The notes beneath the pieces were generated by a model. It ran no database searches and had not been told where the DNA came from. It worked only from the letters and a program-made list of their open reading frames with translations. From the NCBI GenBank assembly GCA_965226885.1, contig CBDDEL010000013.1, positions 256,001 to 320,000 of the forward strand: a stretch of DNA of 64,000 nucleotides, in the 5' to 3' direction. The DNA is from Opitutales bacterium. GTDB taxonomy: Bacteria; Verrucomicrobiota; Verrucomicrobiia; Opitutales; UBA2987. The position numbers and the translations under genes were made by a program. This document shows positions 22,501 to 35,011 of this stretch, in pieces. How positions within the stretch are numbered: position 1 is the first letter of the stretch; each line of letters begins with the position of its first letter.

Positions 22501-23709
22501 TCAATTGCAAATTGCTTTAAGCAACCTTTTTCCGTAAGCGCCAATATTAATTTCAGGTAATCGAGCCTTTGCATTGTTTGACATTTCATTATATCTATTA
22601 GGATTTTCCAATAGACATACAAGTTTTTCTACGATAACCCGAGAATCGCGAGGTGGAACTATAAAACCATCTTCACCATGGCGAATAATGCTGCCCGTTT
22701 CCTGAGTGGCAATTATCGGGAGTCCAACAGATAAGGCTTCATATGTTACAGTGGCTGAACCTTCGCAAAGAGAGGGCAATAAAAATACATCGGCCCATTT
22801 GAAGTGTTTTTTGACTTCGGAACGAGGAACAATTCCTGTTAACTCAACATGTCTGGAGAGCAATTTTTTTGCTTCGGGGAGGACATTGACCGCGCCCACC
22901 ATACGAAAGACTGCTTTCCCCTCCATTTGCCTAGCCGCTTTGAGAACATAGGGAGAGCCTTTTCGCAGGCCAATCTCCCCAACAGTTAAAACCCGTAATG
23001 GACCTTCTCGAATGCGCACCGGTACATCCGAGGGAGGAAGATTCAAACCATAGGGAACAACATGGCAACGTTCTAAGGGCCCTCCACAATTCACTACCTC
23101 TCTTCTGACGAATTCAGATGGACAAATAATAAAATCTGCTAGTTTCCATTCTTCCATTTCCCGATCGGCGAAATCTTGGAAAATTGAACTTTCTGGAAGA
23201 GAGATTTCCCAATCAGGAAATTTCACCTGTTCAATTTTTAATAAATTACAATAGTATTCGAATGGGGCCATTACTTGTTCTGTAATTGTCGTCAATCCCT
23301 TTGAACGTGCCCATTGCAGCAATTCTAAACCGGTAGAGTTGAATGTGTAAACTGCCGTGGCATCTCCGATCCCATAGTTTAGGATTTTATTGCAAAAGCT
23401 GTTTCCTGCCCAAAGGTAGCAGGTCCTACTTTCCTCAAGAGACGAGGCTGAATACCTTTTAAATGCATATTGAAGGCCGAAAGTCTCGAAAGTTTTGATT
23501 TTATTTCTTGGTACGCCAAAAGGAATGCGACCTACCAATCGTTTCATGGAAGAGGGCAATAATCCTTTTGGTAAGAATTTTAATAGGCGGGGCAAGCCAT
23601 TTGTTGCACAAATGTCAGTGTAAAAACGATCAAGTACTCCGGCTTCATGAAAGATACTAGGAACTGCATAATGCAGATGTGCTCCCAATCGTGCAACAGC
23701 GATTTTCAC
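22501..23709 (-). CDS. Glycosyltransferase family 4
   Basis: GLRKG and PSLCEGSATVTYEALSVGLP motifs. Confidence 0.93.
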   Translation of the reverse strand: MKIAVARLGAHLHYAVPSIFHEAGVLDRFYTDICATNGLPRLLKFLPKGLLPSSMKRLVGRIPFGVPRNKIKTFETFGLQYAFKRYSASSLEESRTCYLWAGNSFCNKILNYGIGDATAVYTFNSTGLELLQWARSKGLTTITEQVMAPFEYYCNLLKIEQVKFPDWEISLPESSIFQDFADREMEEWKLADFIICPSEFVRREVVNCGGPLERCHVVPYGLNLPPSDVPVRIREGPLRVLTVGEIGLRKGSPYVLKAARQMEGKAVFRMVGAVNVLPEAKKLLSRHVELTGIVPRSEVKKHFKWADVFLLPSLCEGSATVTYEALSVGLPIIATQETGSIIRHGEDGFIVPPRDSRVIVEKLVCLLENPNRYNEMSNNAKARLPEINIGAYGKRLLKAICN

Positions 23710-23762
23710 GGTAAAAGTACTTTTCGAGTGTATGTAGTATTATTCATTTTAATAAATTATAT

Positions 23763-24564
23763 GGTAGTGTATAAAAAAAGAATGTTATTTTGTATTTTTA
23801 GCTGTACAAATAGCGTTAGGCAGTTTATTTTTAGTGCATGGTTACTAAAATTATTAATTGTCGGCACTGTGGAAGTGAAAATATCATTAAATTTGGCAAG
23901 ACGCCCAACCATAAACAGCGCTACCGCTGCCATGATTGTGGTAAACAAAGCCGCGAAAACCCCACAGTGAAATACACCGAAGAGCAAAAAGAAATGATCC
24001 TTCGAGTCTATCAGGAACGCAGCAGTCTACGCGGTTTACAGCGCGCCTTCGGGGTGAGTCCCAACACCGTTTTGAGTTGGTTAAAAAAAACGACAATCGC
24101 TGCGACCGCTCAAAAGCACGATTCTTGCGGCCCGCCGCCATGATGTCATTGAACTGGACGAACTGTGGTCTTTTGTGGGGCGCAAGAGCGATGCCCAATG
24201 GGTTTGGATCGCTCTTTGCCGACGCACCCGTCAAATCCTCTCCTATGCCATTGGGCCTCGGGATTGGTATCGTTGCCGGGAACTTTACGAGCGTCTGCCA
24301 CGGGCCTACAAAAGATGTGCCACCTACAGCGACTTTTGGAGCACTTATGATGAAGTCTTTCCTCATAACCGATCCGTGGGAAAAGAAACCGGTGAAACGG
24401 CCCATGTGGAACGATGGAACAATACCCTGCGCCAACGACTGGGTCGTTTCACACGCAAAACCCTCTCCTTTTCCAAGCTTAAGAGTATGCATGAAACCTG
24501 TCTGAGACTTTTCATTCATCAATATAATCAAGAATTAGCCACCATTCCTACTTAATACACTACC
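23763..24564 (+). mobile_element. IS1-family element type A, complete
   Basis: IRs GGTAGTGTAT; 8-bp DR AATTATAT; insA/insB joined by an A8C slippery site. Confidence 0.95.
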
Positions 24565-24571
24565 AATTATA

Positions 24572-25789
24572 TTAAAAACGATGAAAAAACCCAAATCTCT
24601 CATAGATATTTCTCGCTTTTCCTTTTACTACTTCGGGAACGAATCGACGCCATGTTGGTTGAAATTTCATTGCGGGTTTAAAATTGCACCAAGGTTCAGG
24701 AGCCGTTGCGGGTTCTGGGTCAGTGATTACTTCACAAAATACCTTGTTATAAGATGCCCCAATTTTTTCAAGATTATAATTCCTCGCTACCTTTTTGGTG
24801 GCCGATTTACTCATGCTTTCTAATAAATTATTATCATAATAAAGGCGTCTAACACATTCAGCGAATTGTTGCGAATTCCCTTGATTACAAATTAATCCGT
24901 TGACCTCATTATCGACGATCCAGTCTGTTACTCCTTTTATTATTGATACAATTGGTACTACACCATTAGCCATGTTTTCCAGAAGAGCGTTTGGTAAACC
25001 CTCAAATTTGGAAGGCATCAAGAAAATATCCGCATGTGATAATTCGTCAGAAGTTTTTTCTGGGTTAAGTTTTCCTAGGAAGGTAACGGTTTTAGTATCA
25101 ACAAAATTTTGCATTTTTTTTATTAATGTCCTACCATCTGGACCATCCCCGATAATGGACAAATGAAAAGGAATTTTCCATTTTTCCAGAACATTAAGAA
25201 TCTTGGGAAGAAGAAAAATTCCTTTTGAATATTCTTCTAGTCGCCCCAAAAATACTAGATTTATGCATTTCCCTGTTGAAGAACATTTTTGAAAAGATTT
25301 ATTAGGAGGTTGAATATCTGTTCCATGAGGTATTAACCTGATTTTTGATTTCTGTATATTCCGTTTTTGAATAAGGTCATTCCACTGTCTAAGTGAGTTT
25401 ACTATGATTTTGTTTACTCTTTGGGGATGCACTGTAACTATGTCATAGGTATGTCGGGTAATATTATTGCACCGCATAATCACCCGTGTTGAATTAGGAA
25501 GATGTGGAATTGAAGCACTTGCGATTCTGCTACTCATGGGAATGACTATATCGATCTGATTATCCTCAATCCACTCTACGAATTTACGGGCGCAGGGTTG
25601 CAAAGCAGATTCGCCCGAAGCTATTTTTATGCAACCTTCATCGGCAATGGAATCGTCCCAAATGTCATTTTCAGGCCCGATACTAACACCTTGTAAAGTG
25701 CAATCGAATGTTTTAAAGGTTTTCCGTAAGTTAAGATAAAACCGATAGGGGCCACTAATTTTAGGGATAATGCAATATGCTATCTTCAA
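24572..25789 (-). CDS. Glycosyltransferase family 4
   Basis: LGRLEEYSKG and PSKFEGLPNALLENMANG motifs. Confidence 0.92.
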   Translation of the reverse strand: MKIAYCIIPKISGPYRFYLNLRKTFKTFDCTLQGVSIGPENDIWDDSIADEGCIKIASGESALQPCARKFVEWIEDNQIDIVIPMSSRIASASIPHLPNSTRVIMRCNNITRHTYDIVTVHPQRVNKIIVNSLRQWNDLIQKRNIQKSKIRLIPHGTDIQPPNKSFQKCSSTGKCINLVFLGRLEEYSKGIFLLPKILNVLEKWKIPFHLSIIGDGPDGRTLIKKMQNFVDTKTVTFLGKLNPEKTSDELSHADIFLMPSKFEGLPNALLENMANGVVPIVSIIKGVTDWIVDNEVNGLICNQGNSQQFAECVRRLYYDNNLLESMSKSATKKVARNYNLEKIGASYNKVFCEVITDPEPATAPEPWCNFKPAMKFQPTWRRFVPEVVKGKARNIYERFGFFHRF

Positions 25790-25895
25790 TGTTCAAATTC
25801 CTCGTTTTCTGCCACTTTATTTTTAGAATTTCTGAATTCGTAACCGAACGTAGATAAAAAATATTTTATATATACTTTATTCATGATAAGAATTG

Positions 25896-26691
25896 GGTAG
25901 TGTTAACAATTTGAATGTTCAAGCTGTACTTTTTAGCGTGATTATGTTGTGAACTGGGAATGGTCCATATCACAGTAAAATGTCCTCAATGCGGAAGCGA
26001 TCACATCATCAAGCACGGCAAGGATCCGAAAGGGGTTCAGAAGTATCGATGCAAGGGGTGTGGTTATCAGTTTCGGCTTCACCCCAAAAGTCGTGAGCAT
26101 CCTCCGGCGCTGGTCAAGCAGGTGCTCCGTGCGCACCAAAACCGGATGAGCCTGCGTGCCATTTACCGTACCTTCGGGGTAGCCCCAAAGACGGTCATCG
26201 AATGGATTAAAAAAAAGTCCTGAGTTTGCCGAAGCTGGAGTCCACTCTGCCTGCCCGCCAGTGTAGTGATGTGCTGGAACTGGACGAGGTGTGGTCATTC
26301 TGGGGCGATAAGCGTTCGGGGCAGGTATGGCTATGGGTAGCCTTGTGTCGACGTACCCGACAGGTCGTCGGGTTTTCTCTGGGTGATCGTAGCGATCAAA
26401 CGTGCTGGCAGTTGTATCACAACATCGCCCAGCCCTATCGCGACTGTGCCACCGTAAGCGATTACTGGGAAAGCTACGACAAGGTTTTCCCTCACAACAG
26501 CGCCAGCGGGAAACAATCCGGCCAAACCGCCCATATCGAACGCTGGAACAATACCTTGCGACAGTCCCTGTCACGCTATGTGCGTAAAACGCTGTCATTC
26601 TCGAAGTCTTTGGTCATGCATTTTCGCGTCCTGTGCTTGTTCATCTGGGAATACAACAGCAATATCAAACATTCGTCATGTTAACACTACC
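25896..26691 (+). mobile_element. IS1-family element type B, complete
   Basis: Both IRs; DR AAGAATTG/AAGAATTT (7 of 8 match). Confidence 0.93.
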
Positions 26692-27248
26692 AAGAATTTT
26701 TAGGTCAAGATTAGAGTCCTGGTGTTGATGGTGTATTTGTGGGGTTGGAAGAAATGTGCCGGAGATGCTCCGTTCTATCTTTGAATTGTGCCAATGCAAG
26801 CAACGGAATGGTGGCCAAATTATGGGTTGTGAGGTAGAGTGCGGTTTTCATGAAACTTTGGATGTGGATTGAATGGATTGATAATTGTTGGAACTGCAAA
26901 TTTCACGAATGACTGCTAAATTGTAATTTGGATTGGATGGTATTTTTTAAACATGGATTGACTCGGATAAAGATATTTTTGAATGATCGGCTCAGTTTAG
27001 TGGCCTAAGTAAATTTTGAAATCATGCAGGAGACGGCTTTTAGGGGGAATCGGTACCGGGCTTTGATCTATTTGGAGGACATTTCCCAGACTAGGTTTTC
27101 ATAAAATTGGATCGTAATAAGACAACGGTAAGAATGTTGCATCAGTCATTGCCGGAAGCAAATTCTTTTTATTTATTATTTCGTTTCTTAAATGCCTCTT
27201 TTCTTGAGTTGATGTGCACTGGAAAAAGTGGACACGAGATTCTCCTAA

Positions 27249-28815
27249 CCCGGATATTTCGTAAAAAAAGTATCGTTGATATGCTTAACTGCTGATATAC
27301 AGCAGGATAGATCAATAATTAAAGCAATATCAGCGATGACAAAAGGTAAACAATTAAAGCTACAGTTGACAAGGGTAAAAGGCCGCCGTGTGCGGGTTGA
27401 TTTCAAGGGCGGAGAGGTTACTTCGGATGCCGGACTGCTTTTGATCCGGGAAGTGGATCGGCAGTTGGGCTTGACCGAACGAGCGGCCCGACAGTTAGTG
27501 GACAAACGGCAGAAGGGCAAAGTACGCCATGAGGTCTTGGGGATGCTGCGGCAGCGCGTTTACGGGCTGGTGGCGGGCTATGAGGATTTGAACGACTTTG
27601 ATACCCTGCGCCACGATCCATTGTTGCAAACGGTAACGGGGCGCATTGAAACGTTGGCCAGCGCGCCGACTTTGTGTCGTTTTGAAAACGGGCAGGATCG
27701 GCGGGCGGCCTTTGCGGTAAACGAGCTGTTGGCCGAACAGTTCATGGGCTCCTTTGCCGAGGAACCCGAAGAGATCATCCTGGACTTTGACGCCACCGAC
27801 AATCCGGTGCACGGGCTCCAGGAGGGACGTTTTTTCCACGGTTATTATGATCATTACTGTTTTCTGCCGCTATATGTTTTTTGCGGTGATCAGCTGCTGG
27901 TGGCCTACCTGCGGCCGAGCAAGATCGATGCCAGCAAGCATGCCGGGGCCATCCTCAAATTGCTGGTTAAACGGATTCGCCAAAGCTGGCCCCGTACGCG
28001 GATTATTTGGCGCGCCGACAGTGAATTTTGTCGAGACCGGATACTCTCTTGGTGCGACCGCAACGAAGTTAGTTACATCGTGGGGATGGCTCGCAATGCA
28101 CGCTTGCAGCAAGACGCCCAGCAGTTGCAAAAGCAGGCCAAAGAATGGTTCGAACTAAGGGGTAAAAAACAACGGTTATCCCAGGACTTCGTCTATGCTG
28201 CCGATTCGTGGCGATGGCTGCGGTTGGTCATCCATAAAGCCGAACACACCGCACAGGGGTCCAACCCGCGCTTCGTGGTGACGAACCTGCCGGGCGATCC
28301 CCAGGAGCTTTACGACAAGGTATACTGTGGCCGCGGTGAAATGGAGAACCGAATCAAGGAACAGATGCAATTGTTCAGCGAGCGCACCAGCGCCCATCAA
28401 TGGTGGGCCAATCAGTGGCGATTGCTCTTGTCGGCGCTGGCCTACACCTTGATGGAAGCCATGCGCCGGTTAGCCTTAAAAGGGACGAAGTGGGCGCGGG
28501 CCCAATGCCACACCCTGCGGCTCAAATTAATCAAGATCGGAGCGGTCATCGTGCGCAACACCCGAACGATTCACTTTCACCTAAGTGAGAGTTATCCTTG
28601 GGCCAGTCTTTTCAACCATGCGGCCCGCCGATTGGTGCCAACCTAAAGGGTGCATTGGTGCTGCCCCCGGCACTACCGAACCAATGGGGGAAAGGGGGCA
28701 GTGTCTCTACACCCTGAAAAACACCTAAAAATCAAGACGATCTGCTCAAAATACAAAGAAATCCATCTCCAATAGCAATAACGAGCCAAACTTTACCCTT
28801 CATGAAATATCCGGG
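27249..28815 (+). mobile_element. IS1380-family element, complete
   Basis: IRs CCCGGATATTTC; DR CTAA; 456-aa ORF carrying an ADSGF to ADSEF substitution. Confidence 0.95.
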
Positions 28816-29766
28816 CTAAATGGAGAATCGAAGCATGGGAAGAAGACGCTTTAGTATAGAGTTCAAAAATGAGGCAGTTCAACTGATGATACTCGATGGT
28901 CTGAGCGCCACCGAGGTATCGACCAAACTTGGGGTCAACACCAACCAATTGTATAGGTGGAAGAGGCTCTATCTGGACGATCAGCAGGGCGAAGCCACCT
29001 CAAAGCGACAGAGCAGTCCGAAGGAGATGGCGGCCGAGATAGATCGTCTTCGCAAAGAGCTGCGCCGCTCGGAGCGGATCAACCAGATACTAAAAAAACG
29101 GTGGGCTACTTTGCCAAGGACGAACAATGAAGTACCAGTTTGTCAAAGACAACGAGGGGCGCTTCAAGATCGAGGAAATATGCTCGGCGATGGGGATTTG
29201 TCGCAGTGGCTATTACTGCTGGAGGCACCGAGCGCCCTCGGCCCGGCGGATCGAGGACGAGGGAATCAAGGGGGCGATCCTGAAGGTACACAAAGAGGCC
29301 AAGGGCCGCTATGGGCATCGGCCAATGCACCGCCATCTGAAGGATGATGAGGGCATCGATTGCGGCCGTGACCGGGCTCTGCGTCTGATGCGTGAAATGG
29401 GAATCAAAAGCACCCAGAGTAAACGCTTTAAGCCATTAAAAACCAACAGTAACCATCCCTATGGTTACAGCCCCAATGTGCTTAAAAAGCATGGCCAGCC
29501 GACCCATATCGACGAGGTCTGGGTGGCGGACACGACCTACCTACGGACCCTGGCCGGTTGGATGTACTTGGCCACGGTGATGGACCTGTTCAGCCGACGC
29601 CTGCTGGGCTGGAGCGTTTCCAACCACAACGACGCGAAGCTGGTTGGCAAGGCCCTCAAAGCCGCGGCCATGACCCGCGGCACACTGCGCACCGGGATTA
29701 TTCATCACAGCGATCGGGGCAGCCCCTACGCCAGCGACGACTATCAGAGGCTGGTCTCTGAACTAG

Positions 29767-31333
29767 CCCGGATATTTCGTAAAAAAAGTATCGTTGATAT
29801 GCTTAACTGCTGATATACAGCAGGATAGATCAATAATTAAAGCAATATCAGCGATGACAAAAGGTAAACAATTAAAGCTACAGTTGACAAGGGTAAAAGG
29901 CCGCCGTGTGCGGGTTGATTTCAAGGGCGGAGAGGTTACTTCGGATGCCGGACTGCTTTTGATCCGGGAAGTGGATCGGCAGTTGGGCTTGACCGAACGA
30001 GCGGCCCGACAGTTAGTGGACAAACGGCAGAAGGGCAAAGTACGCCATGAGGTATTGGGGATGCTGCGGCAGCGCGTTTACGGGCTGGTGGCGGGCTATG
30101 AGGATTTGAACGACTTTGATACCCTGCGCCACGATCCATTGTTGCAAACGGTAACGGGGCGCATTGAAACGTTGGCCAGCGCGCCGACTTTGTGTCGTTT
30201 TGAAAACGGGCAGGATCGGCGGGCGGCCTTTGCGGTAAACGAGCTGTTGGTCGAACAGTTCATGGGCTCCTTTGCCGAGGAACCCGAAGAGATCATCCTG
30301 GACTTTGACGCCACCGACAATCCGGTGCACGGGCTCCAGGAGGGACGTTTTTTCCACGGTTATTATGATCATTACTGTTTTCTGCCGCTATATGTTTTTT
30401 GCGGTGATCAGCTGCTGGTGGCCTACCTGCGGCCGAGCAAGATCGATGCCAGCAAGCATGCCGGGGTCATCCTCAAATTGCTGGTTAAACGGATTCGCCA
30501 AAGCTGGCCCCGTACGCGGATTATTTGGCGCGCCGACAGTGGATTTTGTCGAGACCGGATACTCTCTTGGTGCGACCGCAACGAAGTTAGTTACATCGTG
30601 GGGATGGCTCGCAATGCACGCTTGCAGCAAGACGCCCAGCAGTTGCAAAAGCAGGCCAAAGAATGGTTCGAACTAAGGGGTAAAAAACAACGGTTATTCC
30701 AGGACTTCGTCTATGCTGCCGATTCGTGGCGATGGCTGCGGTTGGTCATCCATAAAGCCGAACACACCGCACAGGGGTCCAACCCGCGCTTCGTGGTGAC
30801 GAACCTGCCGGGCGATCCCCAGGAGCTTTACGACAAGGTATACTGTGGCCGCGGTGAAATGGAGAACCGAATCAAGGAACAGATGCAATTGTTCAGCGAG
30901 CGCACCAGCGCCCATCAATGGTGGGCCAATCAGTGGCGATTGCTCTTGTCGGCGCTGGCCTACACCTTGATGGAAGCCATGCGCCGGTTAGCCTTAAAAG
31001 GGACGAAGTGGGCGCGGGCCCAATGCCACACCCTGCGGCTCAAATTAATCAAGATCGGAGCGGTCATCGTGCGCAACACCCGAACGATTCACTTTCACCT
31101 AAGTGAGAGTTATCCTTGGGCCAGTCTTTTCAACCATGCGGCCCGCCGATTGGTGCCAACCTAAAGGGTGCATTGGTGCTGCCCCCGGCACTACCGAACC
31201 AATGGGGGAAAGGGGGCAGTGTCTCTACACCCTGAAAAACACCTAAAAATCAAGACGATCTGCTCAAAATACAAAGAAATCCATCTCCAATAGCAATAAC
31301 GAGCCAAACTTTACCCTTCATGAAATATCCGGG
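29767..31333 (+). mobile_element. IS1380-family element, complete
   Basis: DR CTAG; ORF 29794-31164. Confidence 0.95.
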
Positions 31334-31678
31334 CTAGGCATGAAGCCGAGCATGAGCGCCCAAGGCAACTGCTACGACAACGCGGCCATGGAATCGTTCT
31401 ACGGCCGCTTCAAGACCAGCACGATTCGAGGCCGCCACTTTGCCGACGAGCGCGAACTGCGATCAACTGTCTTCGAATACGTGGAAATCTTCTACAACCG
31501 ATATCGCAAACATTCCTCTCTGAGTTACCAAAGCCCAGTCCAATTCGAGGAAAATATTTGCCCCCCATGGGGGGCAACGAGAAAACAAAACCCGTTACCA
31601 AAACAAGCCGCCTGACACACTAATCAATAAACAATGAATATAAGAGAATCCCGTGTCCAACAAATCCAGTACACGTCA

Positions 31679-33486
31679 GAAGTGATAATAGTTGATGATG
31701 GGTCGACTGACAATACGTACGATAAGATCAAGGCTCACGCCGGCGACGCCACCTACATTCGGCAGGAAAATTCCGGATCAGGCGTGGCACGGAATACGGG
31801 GATTCGAGCGGCGTCCGGAACTTATATTGCGCTTCTTGACCACGACGATCTGTGGGACGAATCGTTTTTAAGTAAACAGGTTGAGATCGCGGAATCGCAC
31901 CGGGCCTGCGGGCTGGTTGCATGTGACGGCATTGAAGTTGACGGTGAAGAGATCGTATTGCCGCATTTGATTGGAGGAGTTCCGCGCCGGCTATTGGCTG
32001 AATCGCATTCTTCGGTGATAAGAGGGGACTATTTTAGATTCTTTGTGGCGTCGAATTTCATAGCCGCGTTCGGGCAAACGCTGATACCCCGGCACGTATT
32101 CGATCGCATAGGACCTATCGTGGAGAATCGAAATGAGCCTCCCGACTACGAGTATTTTCTACGTGTTTCCCGTCAATATCCGATTGTGCTGTCGAGCGAA
32201 TCGCTCGTTAGAAAACGTTACGTGGGAACTAATCGTTCCGGAGTGAGAGAGCGGAGGTATTTTGAATGGTTCTTGATGGGCGTTCCGGTATTATTAATCC
32301 GGCAATTGAATAGTAACAGTTAAGCGGCGTATTGAACATCCCGATGATGGAAGAGTTTTTTAATCAAAATTGGTTTTCGTTGCCTGCTGCGCAGGTGGGT
32401 TCGCAGACTTCCCTGCAACTCAATTTGGCTGTGCGGGGCCGGCAGGTTCTTCAAGTTCGCTTTGACCGTGTTATTCAAATACTCATCGGGGTTCAATTCG
32501 GGACTGTAAGATGGTAGATAAAAAATCCCGATCCTATCGCGGTGGGCTTCAATCCAACCGATTACTTTTTTAGCATGATGCACTCTCAGATTGTCCACAA
32601 TGAGAAAGATTTTCCGTTTGGCTCCTTTGATTAACTGGCGCAGAAATTTGATAAACAGTTCCACATTCAAGGCTCCCTTGTAAACCATGAAACGCAGCTT
32701 TCCACGGTTGGTTATAGTCGAGATCATGCTCGTGCTAAAACGACGCGCACTGCGTTTGGCAACTGGCGTTTTACCGCGCGGAGCATAACCTCTTCCCCGA
32801 TGATCTTCGCTACTGATGCCGGTGATGCCGGTTTCATCTCCCCAGTGGATTTGGGCCTGTTGCGCTTTGGCTCTGGCTTCGATGGCCGGGTAAGTTTGAT
32901 CAAGCCACTTCTTAATCGCCTCAGGCTGCTGCTCATAGGCTTGTCTTCGAGGTTTTTGTGGAGTGAAACCCCAACGGCGAAGATACTCGCCCACCATGCG
33001 GATCGGCATCTTCAAAGCAAACTGCCTTTCAATCAACTCTTGCACCGCTTGGCGCGTCCACAGGGCAAAGGGCATCTTAAGCTGGTCGGGTCTCTTATCG
33101 GTAATCATTCGGCACACCATGCGCTCTTGTTGGGAGCTCAATCTTCGACATTGGCCCTGCCGACGGCCCCGTTGTCCAAGCCGCAGGGCTTTTGGCCCTC
33201 CATTTCGGTAAAGGGCCCACCATTTGCGCACAGCGCTGATCGATACCTTTAAAACCACGGAAACCTCTTCATAAGTGTAACCCTCTCTTTTCAGATCCAC
33301 CGCCCGACACCTCAGCTCATATATAGTCTCTTCGCTTAGTGAACGCGCATCATTCCTATTCATGAACCTACTTTAGCATAAGTTATTGATATGTCACTAT
33401 TTATTTGCCGGATTGATAAATCGTTGGATCAGTTGTACGAAAGAGGAGGAGCGTAGATTTATTGCGGCGACTTTCAGGAAAAAGAC
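31679..33486 (+). pseudogene. Glycosyltransferase family 2 remnant
   Basis: EVIIVDDGSTD and LLDHDD motifs. The 5' end is lost at IS3, IS630-B interrupts it (frame resumes NRWISCTKEE at 33419), and the 3' end is lost at IS1-A. Confidence 0.85.
32294..33416 (-). mobile_element. IS630-family element B (347-aa transposase)
   Basis: WGDETG, DNLRVH and LPSYSPELNPDE motifs; IR TYAATCCGGCAA; TA duplication. Confidence 0.93.
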
Positions 33487-34311
33487 GGTAGTGTATTAAG
33501 TAGGAATGGTGGCTAATTATTAGTAGGAATGGTGGCTAATTCTTGATTATATTGATGAATGAAAAGTCTCAGACAGGTTTCATGCATACTCTTAAGCTTC
33601 GAAAAGGAGAGGGTTCTGCGTGTGAAACGACCCAGTCGTTGGCGCAGGGTATTGTTCCATCGTTCCACATGGGCCGTTTCACCGGTTTCTTTTCCCACGG
33701 ATCGGTTATGAGGAAAGACTTCATCATAAGTGCTCCAAAAGTCGCTGTAGGTGGCACATCTTTTGTAGGCCCGTGGCAGACGCTCGTAAAGTTCCCGGCA
33801 ACGATACCAATCCCGAGGCCCAATGGCATAGGAGAGGATTTGACGGGTGCGTCGGCAAAGAGCGATCCAAACCCATTGGGCATCGCTCTTGCGCCCCACA
33901 AAAGACCACAGTTCGTCCAGTTCAATGACATCATGGCGGCGGGCCGCAAGAATCGTGCTTTTGAGCGGTCGCAGCGATTGTCGTTTTTTTTAACCAACTC
34001 AAAACGGTGTTGGGACTCACCCCGAAGGCGCGCTGTAAACCGCGTAGACTGCTGCGTTCCTGATAGACTCGAAGGATCATTTCTTTTTGCTCTTCGGTGT
34101 ATTTCACTGTGGGGTTTTCGCGGCTTTGTTTACCACAATCATGGCAGCGGTAGCGCTGTTTATGGTTGGGCGTCTTGCCAAATTTAATGATATTTTCACT
34201 TCCACAGTGCCGACAATTAATAATTTTAGTAACCATGCACTAAGAATAAACTGCCTAACGCTATTTGTACAGCTAAAAATACAAAATAACATTCTTTTTT
34301 TATACACTACC
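33487..34311 (-). mobile_element. IS1-family element type A (with a 23-bp internal duplication)
   Basis: Both IRs present; no DR, consistent with an adjacent deletion. Confidence 0.92.
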
Positions 34312-35011
34312 CGGAAGCGATCACATCATCAAGCACGGCAAGGATCCGAAAGGGGTTCAGAAGTATCGATGCAAGAGGTGTGGTTATCAGTTTCGGCTTC
34401 ACCCTAAAAGTCGTGAGCATCCCCCGGCATTGGTCGAGCAAGTGCTCCGTGCGCACCAAAACCGGATGAGCCTGCGTGCCATTTACCGTACCTTCGGGGT
34501 AGCCCCAAAGACGGTCATTGAATGGATTAAAAAAAAGTCCTGAGTTTGCCGAAGCTGGAATCCACCCTGCTTGCTCGCCAGTGTAATGATGTGCTGGAGC
34601 TGGACGAGGTGTGGTCATTCTGGGGCGATAAGCGTTCGGGGTAGGTATGGCTATGGGTAGCCTTGTGCCGACGTACCCGACAGGTCGTCGGCTTTGCCCT
34701 GGGTGATCGTAGCGATCAAACGTGCTGGCAGTTGAATCACAACATCGCCCAACCGTATCGCAACTGTGCCACCGTAAGCGATTTCTGGGAGAGCTATGAC
34801 AAGGTTTTCCCTCACAACAGCGCCAGCGGGAAACAATCCGGTCAAACCGCCCATATCGAACGCTGGAACAATACCTTGCGACAGTCTCTGTCACGCTATG
34901 TGCGCAAAACGCTGTCATTCTCCAAATCTTTGGTCATGCATTTTCGTGTCCTGTGCTTGTTCATCTGGGAATACAACAGCAATATCAAACATTCGTCATG
35001 TTAACACTACC
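34312..35011 (+). mobile_element. IS1-family element type B, 5'-truncated, nonsense mutation in insB
   Basis: Starts inside insA; CAG to TAG near 34642; IRR intact. Confidence 0.9.

Larger units (their letters stand above)
27210..31678 (+). mobile_element. IS3-family element A interrupted by two IS1380 copies
   Basis: Ends TGATGTGCAC... and ...GTACACGTCA; OrfA at 28820; OrfB (WVADTTY, HSDRGS, CYDNAAMES) split at 29766/31334; no DR. Confidence 0.92.
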
